A DNA stretch of 64,000 nt from assembly GCA_963921275.4 (NCBI GenBank), contig OZ001293.3, positions 2,720,001 through 2,784,000 of the forward strand. The letters are read 5' to 3'. The translations under genes were made by a program, and so were the position numbers. Positions 34,487 through 45,206 of the stretch are shown piece after piece (the stretch's first letter is position 1; every line of letters starts with the position of its first letter). The notes beneath the pieces were generated by a model. That model ran no database searches, was not told the DNA's origin, and saw only the letters and a list, made by a program, of their open reading frames with translations. Origin of the DNA: an uncultured Hormoscilla sp. GTDB taxonomy: Bacteria > Cyanobacteriota > Cyanobacteriia > Cyanobacteriales > Desertifilaceae.

Positions 34487-35356
34487 GGGTGTGTCATCAA
34501 TCAAATTGCTTGACAGAAATAGATGGATACGGTATGGAGTCCTTATCCAGCAATAACAATCAAGAGGGCATGATATGAGACGCTATGGCTTGCGAGACGA
34601 CCAGTGGGAACGGATCGAACACCTTTTACCTGGTAAAGAGGGTGACCCAGGCGCTACAGCCAAGAACAATAGATTATTCGTGTTCTGCCGTGTTATATCG
34701 ATATCGTGCTGGCATTCCCTGGCGGGATTTACCGGAGTGTTTTGGGGATTTTCGGGTTGTTCATACCCGCCATACCCGTTGGTCTGAAAAGGGAGTTTGG
34801 AAGCAGGTATTCGATGTCTTGGCCTCAGACGCCGATAACGAATACGCTGCGATTGATGCCATCGTGCGTGCCCATCAACGAGCGTGCGGGTGCAAAAAAA
34901 AACACCCTCAGATACGTGCGAAACCCAAGCCATAGGCCGTAGTAAAGGGGGACTATCGATAAAGATTCATGCCACTTGCGATTGCCCAAGGCAATCCCAC
35001 AGGATTTCATCTTACCCCTGGCCAAGCCCACGACGGGAAAGGCGCTGACGTGCTATTGGATAAAATCGGTGAGATTGGCGCGCTGCTTGCAGATAAAGCC
35101 TATGATGCGGAACAACGTGTGCTCGAGCGCCTGAAAGAGGCGGATTGGATGGCTGTCATTCCTCCAAAAAGTAACCGCACAGAACACAGAGAATACGATG
35201 AAGAAATGTACAAGTGGCGGCATCTAATTGAAAATCTATTCCAAAAACTCAAGCAATACAGGGCTCTGGCGACACGCTACGATAAAACCGCTCGCAATTT
35301 CTTGGGTGCCATCTACCTCGCGGCAGCTGTAATATGGCTTAATTGATGACACGCCC
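34487..35356 (+). mobile_element. IS5-family (IS427-like) element, two-ORF transposase with extra frameshifts
   Basis: IRs GGGTGTGTCATCAA / TTGATGACACGCCC, TA duplication in [51 protein letters not shown]. Confidence 0.9.
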
Positions 35357-35483
35357 TAGACGATCCCCCCTAACCCCCCTTTCCTCTTTTACGAAGTGCG
35401 CGTAGCGCTAGGGGGGAACCGCTGCCTTCTTGAGATGACCCGCTTATTCCTTATACTTACAAAGGTCGCGAAGTTAAAAAACG

Positions 35484-35795
35484 ATGAATATCCGGACTTT
35501 TCGTCAAATTCACCGCACAGTAGCACCGTTGGTTTTATTGCCTTTGTTGGTCACGGTAATAACTGGCCTAGCCTACCGACTGGGAAAAAGTTGGTTTGGG
35601 CTGTCCAAAGAGCAAGTCCATTTTTTAATGGTGATTCACGAAGGAGAGTACTTGGGGCATCAACTGGAGCCTATTTACGTGCTTTTAAATGCTTTGGGAC
35701 TGCTGTTTATGTTGACTACAGGTATAGGGATGTTGCTGCAAAATATCAGCAAGGCCAGTTTGTTTTCCAAGAAACGTTCTGAAGAAAAAACCTAG
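35484..35795 (+). CDS. Small PepSY-associated TM-helix membrane protein
   Basis: FRQIHRTVAP...LMVIHEG two-His TM pattern. Confidence 0.75.
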   Translation: MNIRTFRQIHRTVAPLVLLPLLVTVITGLAYRLGKSWFGLSKEQVHFLMVIHEGEYLGHQLEPIYVLLNALGLLFMLTTGIGMLLQNISKASLFSKKRSEEKT

Positions 35796-35993
35796 AAATA
35801 AGCATAGTGCAGATCAAAAGCCAGAGGTAGCGATCGGGGTTATTCTGGCTTTTGAAATTATAGGAGAGGGACTGACAATTCCAAATCAAAAATTCCAAAT
35901 TCAAAATTGACAACTGACCACCGACAACTAACCACTGACAACTAACCACTGACCACTGGACCACTGACCACTGGACCGTCAGGCCGTGAGGTC

Positions 35994-36518
35994 TCAAAGG
36001 TCGGTCCCATCTGCCATATCCAACCCAGAATGAGGACAGGACCAATCACTAGGTAATAAAGATGGCCATCCCTGGCGCAGGGCTTCCAGACAGACGCCAT
36101 AAATAGTCAGCTGACAGTCCAGCAGGTGAAATCCGGAAGCTTCCGCTTGCTTCAGACCCAGCTTTGAGATCAGCTCGTTTTTGAACTCCACCGTCCTGTG
36201 GCACTGAACGCAAACCAGATGGTGATGATGATTCGGGTATGGCGGGTTGATTTCATAATGTTTATGCCCTTCTGCCAGCTCCACTTCCCGCAAAATCCCG
36301 ATCCGAGCCATTAAATTCAATGTCCGGTAGACCGTCGAGAGGCTGATCCGCTCTCCTCGATCCTTGAGGATATTGTGCAGGTCCTCTGCACTCAGATGGT
36401 CCCCTTGGGGAAGTCTTTGGAAGACATCCAGGATTTTTTCCCGTTGGGGGGTGAGGCGAAAGCCCCTCTGATTCAAATCGGACTTCAGCGAAGTCGCCGT
36501 ATAAACAGCCCTGAGCAT
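35994..36518 (-). CDS. fur: Fur-family transcriptional regulator (FurA-like paralog)
   Basis: RLTPQREKIL, HLSAEDLH, SLSTVYRTL, HHHHLVCVQC. Confidence 0.93.
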   Translation of the reverse strand: MLRAVYTATSLKSDLNQRGFRLTPQREKILDVFQRLPQGDHLSAEDLHNILKDRGERISLSTVYRTLNLMARIGILREVELAEGHKHYEINPPYPNHHHHLVCVQCHRTVEFKNELISKLGLKQAEASGFHLLDCQLTIYGVCLEALRQGWPSLLPSDWSCPHSGLDMADGTDL

Positions 36519-36751
36519 TTTCTCAATAACTCCTTGTTAATGTCAACTGTTCTGGCTTATTAGTAAATATTTGCATAAATATTCTCATGTATGATATGCT
36601 AAATGACTGATTTTCTACCTGCTGCCACCGGTACTGGGGCAGACCGGATATCAGCCGCTCGCTCCTGCCGGAGCATCAGATTGTTAAGAAAAATAAATTT
36701 TTGCTCAAAGTATTGCTATTTATTTTTAATAAGGTTATATTAGATTTTAAC

Positions 36752-36863
36752 GTTGCCATGTGTGTTCTCCTCTCAATATGGCAAGGGTCTCAAATGGTGT
36801 CAGGCGTTATCCTCTAGCCAATTGGCTAGTCAGGAGTAGCGGTCTCCTGATACCATTTTTTTG
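36752..36863 (+). ncRNA. IsaR1-like iron-stress sRNA candidate 1
   Basis: Fur-box-like TTGCTATTTATTTTTAATA and a -10-like element upstream; GTGTTCTCCTCTC in a hairpin loop; terminator stem plus T run. Confidence 0.6.
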
Positions 36864-36883
36864 CAAAAAATTTTCATTTAATT

Positions 36884-37096
36884 AGGGCTTGCTGAAAAAG
36901 TCTCCAGATCGAATGCACGAGGTCACACAGCTTGAAAAATGGTTTTGTCGTCACCTTGGTTCCCCAAGAAACCCGACGATAACTGGCGCAAGTGCAAAGT
37001 AAATGAGTCTCCAGATGTCATTACAAGGCACTTGTTGGGGGTCTAAAATGCCTGAAAACCTTATCGCAAGGCTTCTAGTTATATTCAGCAAGCCCT
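36884..37096. mobile_element. MITE with AATT target duplication
   Basis: IRs AGGGCTTGCTGAA / TTCAGCAAGCCCT; the duplicated neighbour segment shows the empty site at about 37386-37398. Confidence 0.85.
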
Positions 37097-37260
37097 AATT
37101 GCAGTGGGCACCGCCCATCTTACTGCAATTAGCTTAGCTAGCTGGGGCAGACCGGATATCAGCCGCTCGCTCCTGCCGGAGCATCAGATTGTTAAGAAAA
37201 AATAAATTTTTGCTCAAAGTATTGTAATTTATTTTTAATAAGGCTATATTAGATTTTAAG

Positions 37261-37372
37261 GTTGCCATGTGTGTTCTTCTCTCAATACGGCAAGGGTCTC
37301 AAATGGTGTCAGGCGTTATCCTCTAGCCAGTTTGCTAGTCAGGAGTAGCGGTCTCCTGACACTTTTTTTTTT
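37261..37372 (+). ncRNA. IsaR1-like sRNA candidate 2 (duplicate of candidate 1)
   Basis: Segment starting at 36634 recurs from 37142; seed GTGTTCTTCTCTC; terminator GTGTCAGG/CCTGACAC plus T run. Confidence 0.6.
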
Positions 37373-37537
37373 GCAATAAATTATCATTTAATTGCAGTAG
37401 GTAGGCACCGCCCATCTTACAGCTTGTGGCTTAGCTGGCTATCGGCAGCCTTTGGCATGGAATAGCGCTGGCAGCGGTCCCGCTCAAATATTTTCCGAAA
37501 TACTTGCTAAATAATTTCAATAGGAGTAGATTAGATA

Positions 37538-37600
37538 TTGTGTTCTCCTCGAAAGGACAGAGAGAAATAAAGAATTCCTCTCTGTCCTATCTTTTCTTTT
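37538..37600 (+). ncRNA. IsaR1-like sRNA candidate 3 (short form)
   Basis: TTGCTAAATAATTTCAATA box, then GTGTTCTCCTC and terminator AGGACAGAGAG/CTCTCTGTCCT plus T-rich tail. Confidence 0.65.
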
Positions 37601-37637
37601 CTGAGAGGGTAAGATAGGCCGCACACCTTACCTGGTA

Positions 37638-38511
37638 TCAAGGATTTTTAGTTGACGCCGGTTTCTGTCCTGGCAGAATAGTAGCTTTAAAGTTGGACAG
37701 GTGAAAGGGAATTTCCTCCAGATCCTGGTGGTTCGAGGGTACCAGCAGGATCTGGAGGCTTTGGCGAATTAAGGGAATGGCCCCCAGACCGATCGACAAG
37801 GCTACTAAAAGCCCGATCGCGTAGTGCGCGCAGCGCATTCGCGCCATCGGCCCAGAACCAGTGGCACAGCCAAATGGCGATCGCGGCCAGATCACGCCGA
37901 CAGAACTAATAGTGTCGGCTATGACATGCAAAAACGCCCCTCGCAGATTAATGTCATGCTGAGAGTCTGAATGCACCAAGACAGCGTTGAGACCGTGAAC
38001 TGCCAAGCTAATAATGGCCACCACCAGCATTGGCAAACTGAGAATATCCGTCGGCGATGTCTGATTTTTCCGGAACGGTGGGGTTGCCTGCGTTGCATCC
38101 GGAAGACATCGAAGGAGACTGCAAGCTGTCTACGGCTTCCCAAGCTATCCAGCTGGCCATGATAACTAAGCCGACCCCATCGATCGGAGCGGCGATCGCC
38201 TCCTGTCGCCCAGAGAAAAAAGAACCTTGCTTGTCGGCAGACCGTTGGGCGATCCAGGTGGCCAACAGGGCTAAACCGAGGGCAAAACTGTCCGACAGCA
38301 TATGTCCGAAGTCTGTGAGTAGGGCCAGAGAGTGACTGAACCGGGCGACGATCAGTTCTACTACTGAGAAACAGCTAATCGTGAGGCGATCGCCAGCTTG
38401 CGAATTTTCGCTCGTTGGGGCGGTACTGGCAGCCTCTTGGCAGTGGTAGCAACCAGAGGAATGAAAATGGTGCATAGGTATGGTCTGGTGATTCTCTGAG
38501 ATCATCAGCAA
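37638..38511 (-). pseudogene. Cation diffusion facilitator (CzcD/ZitB-like), frameshifted
   Basis: SHSLALLTDFGHMLSD and INLRGAFLHVIADTISSVGV motifs in different frames; palindromic inserts near 38060-38112 and 37815-37845. Confidence 0.85.
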
Positions 38512-38637
38512 CCCCTATCATCCCCTAATTCTGTAACCAACTAACAACTAACAACCGACCACTGACAAGTGACAACTGACAAATGACAATGGGCAGTTTT
38601 ATCAGTTTTGTGTTATCTTGGGGAGCGGTTTGGCTTA

Positions 38638-38656
38638 TTTGATAATATATCTCAAA
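38638..38656 (+). promoter_or_regulatory. Putative Fur box upstream of futC
   Basis: TTTGATAATATATCTCAAA, imperfect inverted repeat 12 nt before the ATG. Confidence 0.55.
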
Positions 38657-38668
38657 AGTATTGCCCAG

Positions 38669-39730
38669 ATGGAAAACCCCGTTATTGTCCAGATAGAGGG
38701 TGTGACCAGACAGTTTGACAAAAGTACGCTGCCAGCGGTGGATGAGGTGACATTGAGCCTACAGCGATCGGACATCCTGGGGTTGTTAGGACCATCAGGC
38801 TGTGGCAAAACCACGCTGTTACGGTTAGTAGCAGGTTTTGAGCAGCCCCAGGCAGGGTATGTGGCCCTAGCAGGAAAACCGGTAGCAGGAGGGGGCTATT
38901 GGGTGCCTCCAGAAAAGCGCGACGTCGGTATCGTCTTTCAAGATTATGCCCTGTTTCCCCATCTGACGGTGGCCCAGAATATTGCCTTTGGCTTGCAACA
39001 AGGTAGGTTAAAAAAGTCCTCTTCAGTGCAAACACGTGTCAATGAAGTGCTGGCCCTAGTAGGACTGGAAGGACTGCAAAAGCGCTATCCCCACCAACTA
39101 TCCGGGGGACAGCAGCAACGGGTGGCCCTGGCCCGGGCTTTAGCCCCGGCACCAGCATTAATTTTGTTGGACGAACCGCTGAGTAATTTAGACGTGCAAG
39201 TGCGTCTGAGACTGCGAGAGGAAATTCGCAAGATTCTCAAAACCAGCGGTACCACTGGCATTTTTGTGACTCACGATCGGGAAGAAGCAATGGCGATCGC
39301 GGACTGGGTAGGAGTGATGCGGCAAGGAAGGTTAGAACAGTTGGGAACGCCAGAAGAAGTATACCAGCAACCAGGGACGCGGTTTGTAGCAGAGTTTGTC
39401 ACTCAAGCCAATTTTATCCCAGCTCACCGCAGAGGTCAACTGTGGGAAACGGAAGTAGGTAGCTTCGAGGTAAAAACTGTAAGGGAAGCAGATTTTGATA
39501 TTGGCGATCTGATGATCCGACAAGAAGATTTAATCCTGAAACCAGATGAAGAAGGAAAAGTGGCGATCGCGGATCGACAATTTCTGGGTCGGGAATACCA
39601 TTATAGTTTAGTGACCGCATCTGGCAGAGAGCTAAAAGCACGGGCCACAGGGTCTTCCCCGCTGCCAGTAGGAACAAAAGTACAGCTAGCTATTGCCAAA
39701 GGAACCCTGGAAGTATTCCCCGGTTTGTAG
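38669..39730 (+). CDS. futC: Fe(III) ABC transporter ATP-binding protein
   Basis: GPSGCGKT, VFQDYALFPHL, LSGGQQQRVALAR, TOBE C-terminus; adjacent to the permease. Confidence 0.88.
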   Translation: MENPVIVQIEGVTRQFDKSTLPAVDEVTLSLQRSDILGLLGPSGCGKTTLLRLVAGFEQPQAGYVALAGKPVAGGGYWVPPEKRDVGIVFQDYALFPHLTVAQNIAFGLQQGRLKKSSSVQTRVNEVLALVGLEGLQKRYPHQLSGGQQQRVALARALAPAPALILLDEPLSNLDVQVRLRLREEIRKILKTSGTTGIFVTHDREEAMAIADWVGVMRQGRLEQLGTPEEVYQQPGTRFVAEFVTQANFIPAHRRGQLWETEVGSFEVKTVREADFDIGDLMIRQEDLILKPDEEGKVAIADRQFLGREYHYSLVTASGRELKARATGSSPLPVGTKVQLAIAKGTLEVFPGL

Positions 39731-39852
39731 TAAGCGATTTAGCTCTTCCGGGGTTTGTAGTAAGCGCTAAAGCGCTTGCGTTCTCCGCGCTAAAAAACGA
39801 TCGCCAAAAGTTTTTTAACCCCTTACTAACAACTAAAAAATCACAAAACTAA

Positions 39853-41547
39853 ATGCCAAACCACAAAAATATGAGAATCAATTACCAATTAGCAAATTCT
39901 CCATTAATGTTGCAGCGTCTAGTGCCGGGCGGATGGATAGCTGTAACGATCGCGCTCGCGCTTTTAGTCTCGACTCCAGTTTTGTTTGTGCTAGGAAACA
40001 TCTTCGCGGACAATAGCGAGGTGTGGAACCATCTGGCGGAGACAGTCTTACCGCGCTACATGGCCAACTCATTGTGGTTGATGTTAGGCGTAGGATCGGG
40101 CGTGTTACTGATAGGAGTGGGCACAGCCTGGTTAGTAACCATGTGCAGTTTTTGGGGAAGTAAGATATTTGAATGGGCGCTACTATTGCCTCTAGCTACA
40201 CCTGCCTATCTGCTAGCCTACAGTTACACTGAATTATTAGAATTTTACGGTCCCGTGCAGATGACCCTGCGGGACTGGTTTGGTTGGAGTAGCGTCGGGG
40301 ACTACTGGTTTCCCAACGTGCGATCGCTTGGTGGGGCCATTATGCTGTTAACCCTGGTACTCTATCCCTACGTTTACCTGTTAGCGCGAGTCGCCTTTTT
40401 GGAACAATGTACCTGCACTTTAGAAGCGAGTCGCAGTCTGGGTTGCGGTCCCTGGCACAGTTTCGCCACCGTGGCCCTCCCCCTAGCACGACCCGCCATT
40501 ATGGCCGGGTTATCCCTAGCATTAATGGAAACCCTGAGTGACTTTGGCACGGTACAGTTTTTTGGCGTAGACACCTTCACCACAGGCATCTATCGCACCT
40601 GGTTTGGCATGGGAGAACGAGTCGCAGCCGCTCAATTAGCAGCTTTTCTGTTATTATTTATCTTTGGGCTAATTTTACTAGAGCGTTGGTCCCGTCGTCA
40701 AGCCAAATATTATCAAAGTGGTAGTGACTACAGTCCCATGCAACCCTATCAACTCAAAGGAATTCGTGCCACTTTGGCAAGTATAGCCTGTTTGCTGCCC
40801 CTGAGTCTAGGTTTTCTGTTGCCAGCTGGTCTATTGCTGCAAATGACTTGGGAAAATGCTGAAACAATAAACGATCGCTTTTGGGGTTTAGCGACCAACA
40901 GTTTTATCCTAGCAGTGATTACAGCTATATTAGCAGTGATCGTTGCTGTGGTCATCGCTTATGGAGTGCGGTTGCAATCCCATATTGCCATGGAACTAGC
41001 AGCCAGGGTTACGGCAATGGGCTATGCTATTCCTGGTTCAGTGATTGCAGTCGGCATTCTCATTCCGGTGGGCAGACTTGATAATGCGATCGATGGTTGG
41101 ATGCGTGGTACCTTTTGCATCTCGACCGGTTTGCTACTGAGTGGGACGATCGCGGCCTTAATCTTCGCCTATCTAGTCCGTTTCCTAGCAGTTTCCTTCG
41201 GCACAGTAGAGTCCAGTTTAGGCAAAATCAAGCCCAACCTCGATGATGCGGCCCGCAGTCTCGGTCACAGTCCCACTAGCACTTTACTGCGAGTCCATGC
41301 ACCGATGATGGGGGGCGGTTTACTGACAGCAGCAATGCTAGTATTTGTAGACGTAATGAAGGAATTGCCAGCAACCCTGATTATCCGACCTTTTAACTTT
41401 GACACTTTAGCAATTCGGGTGTATAATCTAGCTTCTGACGAGCGTTTAGCTGAAGCAGCAGCACCCGCATTGGCGATCGTTCTCGTGGGGATTATACCCG
41501 TAATTTTCTTGAGTTGGCAAATCGCTGTCCGATCGCGAAGCGACTAG
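39853..41547 (+). CDS. futB: Fe(III) ABC transporter permease
   Basis: Two EAA loops (EASRSLG, DDAARSLG); LMETLSDFGTV; FVDVMKELPATLIIRPFNFDTLA. Confidence 0.92.
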   Translation: MPNHKNMRINYQLANSPLMLQRLVPGGWIAVTIALALLVSTPVLFVLGNIFADNSEVWNHLAETVLPRYMANSLWLMLGVGSGVLLIGVGTAWLVTMCSFWGSKIFEWALLLPLATPAYLLAYSYTELLEFYGPVQMTLRDWFGWSSVGDYWFPNVRSLGGAIMLLTLVLYPYVYLLARVAFLEQCTCTLEASRSLGCGPWHSFATVALPLARPAIMAGLSLALMETLSDFGTVQFFGVDTFTTGIYRTWFGMGERVAAAQLAAFLLLFIFGLILLERWSRRQAKYYQSGSDYSPMQPYQLKGIRATLASIACLLPLSLGFLLPAGLLLQMTWENAETINDRFWGLATNSFILAVITAILAVIVAVVIAYGVRLQSHIAMELAARVTAMGYAIPGSVIAVGILIPVGRLDNAIDGWMRGTFCISTGLLLSGTIAALIFAYLVRFLAVSFGTVESSLGKIKPNLDDAARSLGHSPTSTLLRVHAPMMGGGLLTAAMLVFVDVMKELPATLIIRPFNFDTLAIRVYNLASDERLAEAAAPALAIVLVGIIPVIFLSWQIAVRSRSD

Positions 41548-41581
41548 AACCCTCATTCACTTCGCTGTCAGCCCGCCTTCG

Positions 41582-41989
41582 GTGTCTCGTGGGAGCTCCC
41601 CCTGGATCGTTTGTTGGGACTATGGAGTTAGAACCGGGGTCAAAAAATCTCGCATCCCAGACCTGACCATGATCACAGAAGCGCAAGAGGACAGGTTGAT
41701 TGAGTCTGATTCCGAAGCAGTACTCGAAGAAGCACCCATCTTAGCTATTGAGATTGTCTCCCCCAACGCTCGCATCACAGACTATCGCTACAAACGTTCT
41801 GAATATGCCGCCAAAGGTATCCCGGAATATTGGATTGTGGATGCCTCTAAGAACAGAATTACTATCTTGACGCTGGTGGATGGTTTCTATGAAGAAGCCA
41901 TTTTTGAGGGAAATGACCGCATTATCTCTGGAACCTTCCCCGACCTGGACTTGACCGCTGAACAGGTGTCGATCGCTAAAAAGTTGTAG
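41582..41989 (+). pseudogene. Uma2/DUF820 endonuclease, 5'-truncated fragment
   Basis: SRIPDL...PILAIEIVSP...KRSEYAAKGIPEYWIVD; N-terminal part missing. Confidence 0.7.
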
Positions 41990-42138
41990 GTTGGGTTGAG
42001 GCACGGATGCTGTTGGCGAATTGGGAGAAAGCCAAATTTATCGTTGATGCTGTCTACCGTAGAAAAGGGGTTTCAGAGAATTAAACTGATTTCGCCAACA
42101 GCATCAGGCACGAAACCCAACCAAGAGATGTTGTTTTT

Positions 42139-42282
42139 ACTCGTTCCCAGGTTCTACCTGGGAACGTACATCAGAGGCTCGGCCTCGCGGGTGGGAGCCG
42201 CTATACTGGTAATCATGTCATAGCTGCGAGACTGGAGGCGTCCCCTCCCAATAGTCGTTCCCAGCCAGAGACTGCCAACGAG
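42139..42282. mobile_element. Palindromic MITE (CTCGTTCCCAGG...CTGGGAACGAG family); related copies at 44104-44247, 48540-48640, 30503-30550 and 53650-53763
   Basis: Terminal hairpins plus internal GAGGCTCTGCCTC palindromes. Confidence 0.75.
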
Positions 42283-42285
42283 GTA

Positions 42286-43211
42286 GTGCGATTCGTTCCG
42301 GCATAAGCCAGTAGGTGAAAGTCGGGTCTGGCTCTATCAGCCAGATAACTCTGGTTATCATGGGGGTTAAATTCCCTTTCCCCAGGTACGGGGGTCGAGG
42401 GTACTACCGGTCGGAGGTGCTACGGAGCCACATCGCCGTGGTGCCTCCCGAGGACTTAAATGTAGGATAACTGGCAGCCTAAGCCGGTGACGCCGCTAGG
42501 AAAGATGCTAATGGTTAGAACAAGCGAACCTATGTAAACCTCGTTAACCAGAACCAGCGGAAGAAGGCTTATGCGCTTGCCCAAAAAGGGAAATGGTAGT
42601 TAGTATTAGCTCTTGCCTCTGGCTAATAACGTACTCAAAGAACTCCCGGGGTATAGTAGGAACCTAAAAGCATCGTGAAATGATACTAGGGAACGAAGTA
42701 ACCTCTCGTGAGCTGTCCCCATTTGGACAAGTTAGATGTAAAGCGCAAGCCACGAAGAAGAAGGATGTCCTAAGAAGCTAACGCCCAGGGTAATGCCTGT
42801 GGATATGCAGACGTAGGACGGATATGGTAAGACACCCTTGGGAAAAGTAACCTTAATGTCACAGAACTAGGGAGAAATTCCGAAAGTACGAATTTTGGAT
42901 TCAAATCTTAGCCAGGTAAAGTTCAGAGCCCTTACGAAAAGCGGAAAGCAGAATGGGGAAGATGTTAGTAAAGAGCGGCGAGTATGGTTTGCTGAACTAT
43001 CCTCCGCGAACCTTCCGCAGCTCAGTACTTAAACGGTCCAATAGGATTGACCATAAGGGGTAAAATTTCAAAGGGTAAGGGACAACGGGGGTAACCCCCA
43101 GTAATCCTACTGATGACAACAGCTTACCAACCAGTAGCCGTGTGCGGTTCCAGTCGCTCTTCAGGTTTCGCTCTTGGAGGGTTGGGGAGTGATTCCCAGC
43201 TCGACCCCGAC
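42286..43211 (+). mobile_element. ORF-less group II intron, copy D, 926 nt
   Basis: GTGCGATTCGTT ... AGCCGTGTGCGG(TTCCA)GTCGC ... CGACCCCGAC. Confidence 0.9.
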
Positions 43212-43275
43212 CATACTATACGGGTTTCTGGCGATCGCTCAAATTTTAATCTATTTCCTCCGGGTTGACTCCCAT

Positions 43276-44028
43276 TTATAGTAACCGCTGGGCTAATTTT
43301 TCCGCACGTTGGCGTTCGGAAAGGACCTGTTGTTCCAGTGTTTTGATTTGGCCTTGTTCTGCTTTTATTAATTGCTCCACTAGCGGAGGAGCGAGCAGTT
43401 CTTTCACCGATAAAACTAACTGCTCAAACTGACCAGAAACAATTGACATCTCTTCGGTGAAATCTACAAAACTATATCCTTCTTCATTACGAGGATTAGC
43501 AAACACCCGCACCCGTTTCTTTTTTGGGTCTACTACCCAATATTCGGGAATTTCTGCGATTTCGTATTCAGAACGTTTAATCACATAATCATCCCGGGCA
43601 TTACTACTGACAACTTCCACTACCAAAATCGGCTTTTCAGCAAAATCCAAAACTCCAGCACCAGGACGATGAATAACTTGTTCCCAAACTGTTTGGCTAC
43701 AGACTACCACATCGGGAATTCGCAATGAATTTTCTTCCGTTCGGACACCTGTCCCTAAAGAGTTCGCGACTAAATCTAAGTTTTGGTCAGCAAAGTAGCG
43801 CTGGAACTTATAAATCAGAAACTTGCAAATATTGGTATGTAAGTGCGTTGGTGCTGACATGGGTATTAGTTGCCCCCTGAATAATTCATAGAGAACGTCC
43901 GGTTCTCCTTCATATTCAAGATATTCTTGGAAGGTTAACAGATGTTCAATGCTTTGATGTTCAATTTCAGGAGGTTCACCCCGTGCCTGCCCAACCTCCT
44001 CTACCGCTGAAACGACTGCTTGAGTCAT
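43276..44028 (-). CDS. Uma2/DUF820 family endonuclease (stop 9 codons earlier than its paralog)
   Basis: RIPDVVV...PILVVEVVSSN..DDYVIKRSEYEIAEIPEYWVVDP; TAA where the paralog has GAA. Confidence 0.88.
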   Translation of the reverse strand: MTQAVVSAVEEVGQARGEPPEIEHQSIEHLLTFQEYLEYEGEPDVLYELFRGQLIPMSAPTHLHTNICKFLIYKFQRYFADQNLDLVANSLGTGVRTEENSLRIPDVVVCSQTVWEQVIHRPGAGVLDFAEKPILVVEVVSSNARDDYVIKRSEYEIAEIPEYWVVDPKKKRVRVFANPRNEEGYSFVDFTEEMSIVSGQFEQLVLSVKELLAPPLVEQLIKAEQGQIKTLEQQVLSERQRAEKLAQRLL

Positions 44029-44250
44029 AATGCTAGACCTCTGGTGCGATCGCGTTCTTTGAATATTTTATCTCATCTCAACTTTCTGTGCTAGTTGATT
44101 TTACTCATTCCCAGGTTCTACCTGGGAACGCACATCCTTCGAGGCTCTGCCTCCCGGGTGTGAGCCGCTATACTGGTAATCATGTCCAGCCAGAGACTGG
44201 AGGCTCCGCCTCTCAATATGCGTTCCCAGCCAGAGACTGGGAAGGAGGTA

Positions 44251-45176
44251 GTGCGATTCGTTCCGGCATAAGCCAGTAGGTGAAAGTCGGGTCTGGCTCT
44301 ATCAGCCAGATAACTCTGGTTATCATGGGGGTTAAATTCCCTTTCCCCAGGTACGGGGGTCGAGGGTACTACCGGTCGGAGGTGCTACGGAGCCACATCG
44401 CCGTGGTGCCTCCCGAGGACTTAAATGTAGGATAACTGGCAGCCTAAGCCGGTGACGCCGCTAGGAAAGATGCTAATGGTTAGAACAAGCGAACCTATGT
44501 AAACCTCGTTAACCAGAACCAGCGGAAGAAGGCTTATGCGCTTGCCCAAAAAGGGAAATGGTAGTTAGTATTAGCTCTTGCCTCTGGCTAATAACGTACT
44601 CAAAGAACTCCCGGGGTATAGTAGGAACCTAAAAGCATCGTGAAATGATACTAGGGAACGAAGTAACCTCTCGTGAGCTGTCCCCATTTGGACAAGTTAG
44701 ATGTAAAGCGCAAGCCACGAAGAAGAAGGATGTCCTAAGAAGCTAACGCCCAGGGTAATGCCTGTGGATATGCAGACGTAGGACGGATATGGTAAGACAC
44801 CCTTGGGAAAAGTAACCTTAATGTCACAGAACTAGGGAGAAATTCCGAAAGTACGAATTTTGGATTCAAATCTTAGCCAGGTAAAGTTCAGAGCCCTTAC
44901 GAAAAGCGGAAAGCAGAATGGGGAAGATGTTAGTAAAGAGCGGCGAGTATGGTTTGCTGAACTATCCTCCGCGAACCTTCCGCAGCTCAGTACTTAAACG
45001 GTCCAATAGGATTGACCATAAGCGGTAAAATTTCAAAGGGTAAGGGACAACGGGGGTAACCCCCAGTAATCCTACTGATGACAACAGCTTAACAACCAGT
45101 AGCCGTGTGCGGTTCCAGTCGCTCTTCAGGTTTCGCTCTTGGAGGGTTGGGGAGTGATTCCCAGCTCGACCCCGAC
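44251..45176 (+). mobile_element. ORF-less group II intron, copy E, 926 nt (near-identical to copy D)
   Basis: Same boundaries; only two substitutions versus copy D noticed by eye. Confidence 0.9.
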
Positions 45177-45206
45177 CAGTTTCGTCAAGAATGGCTCGCT
45201 CAAATT

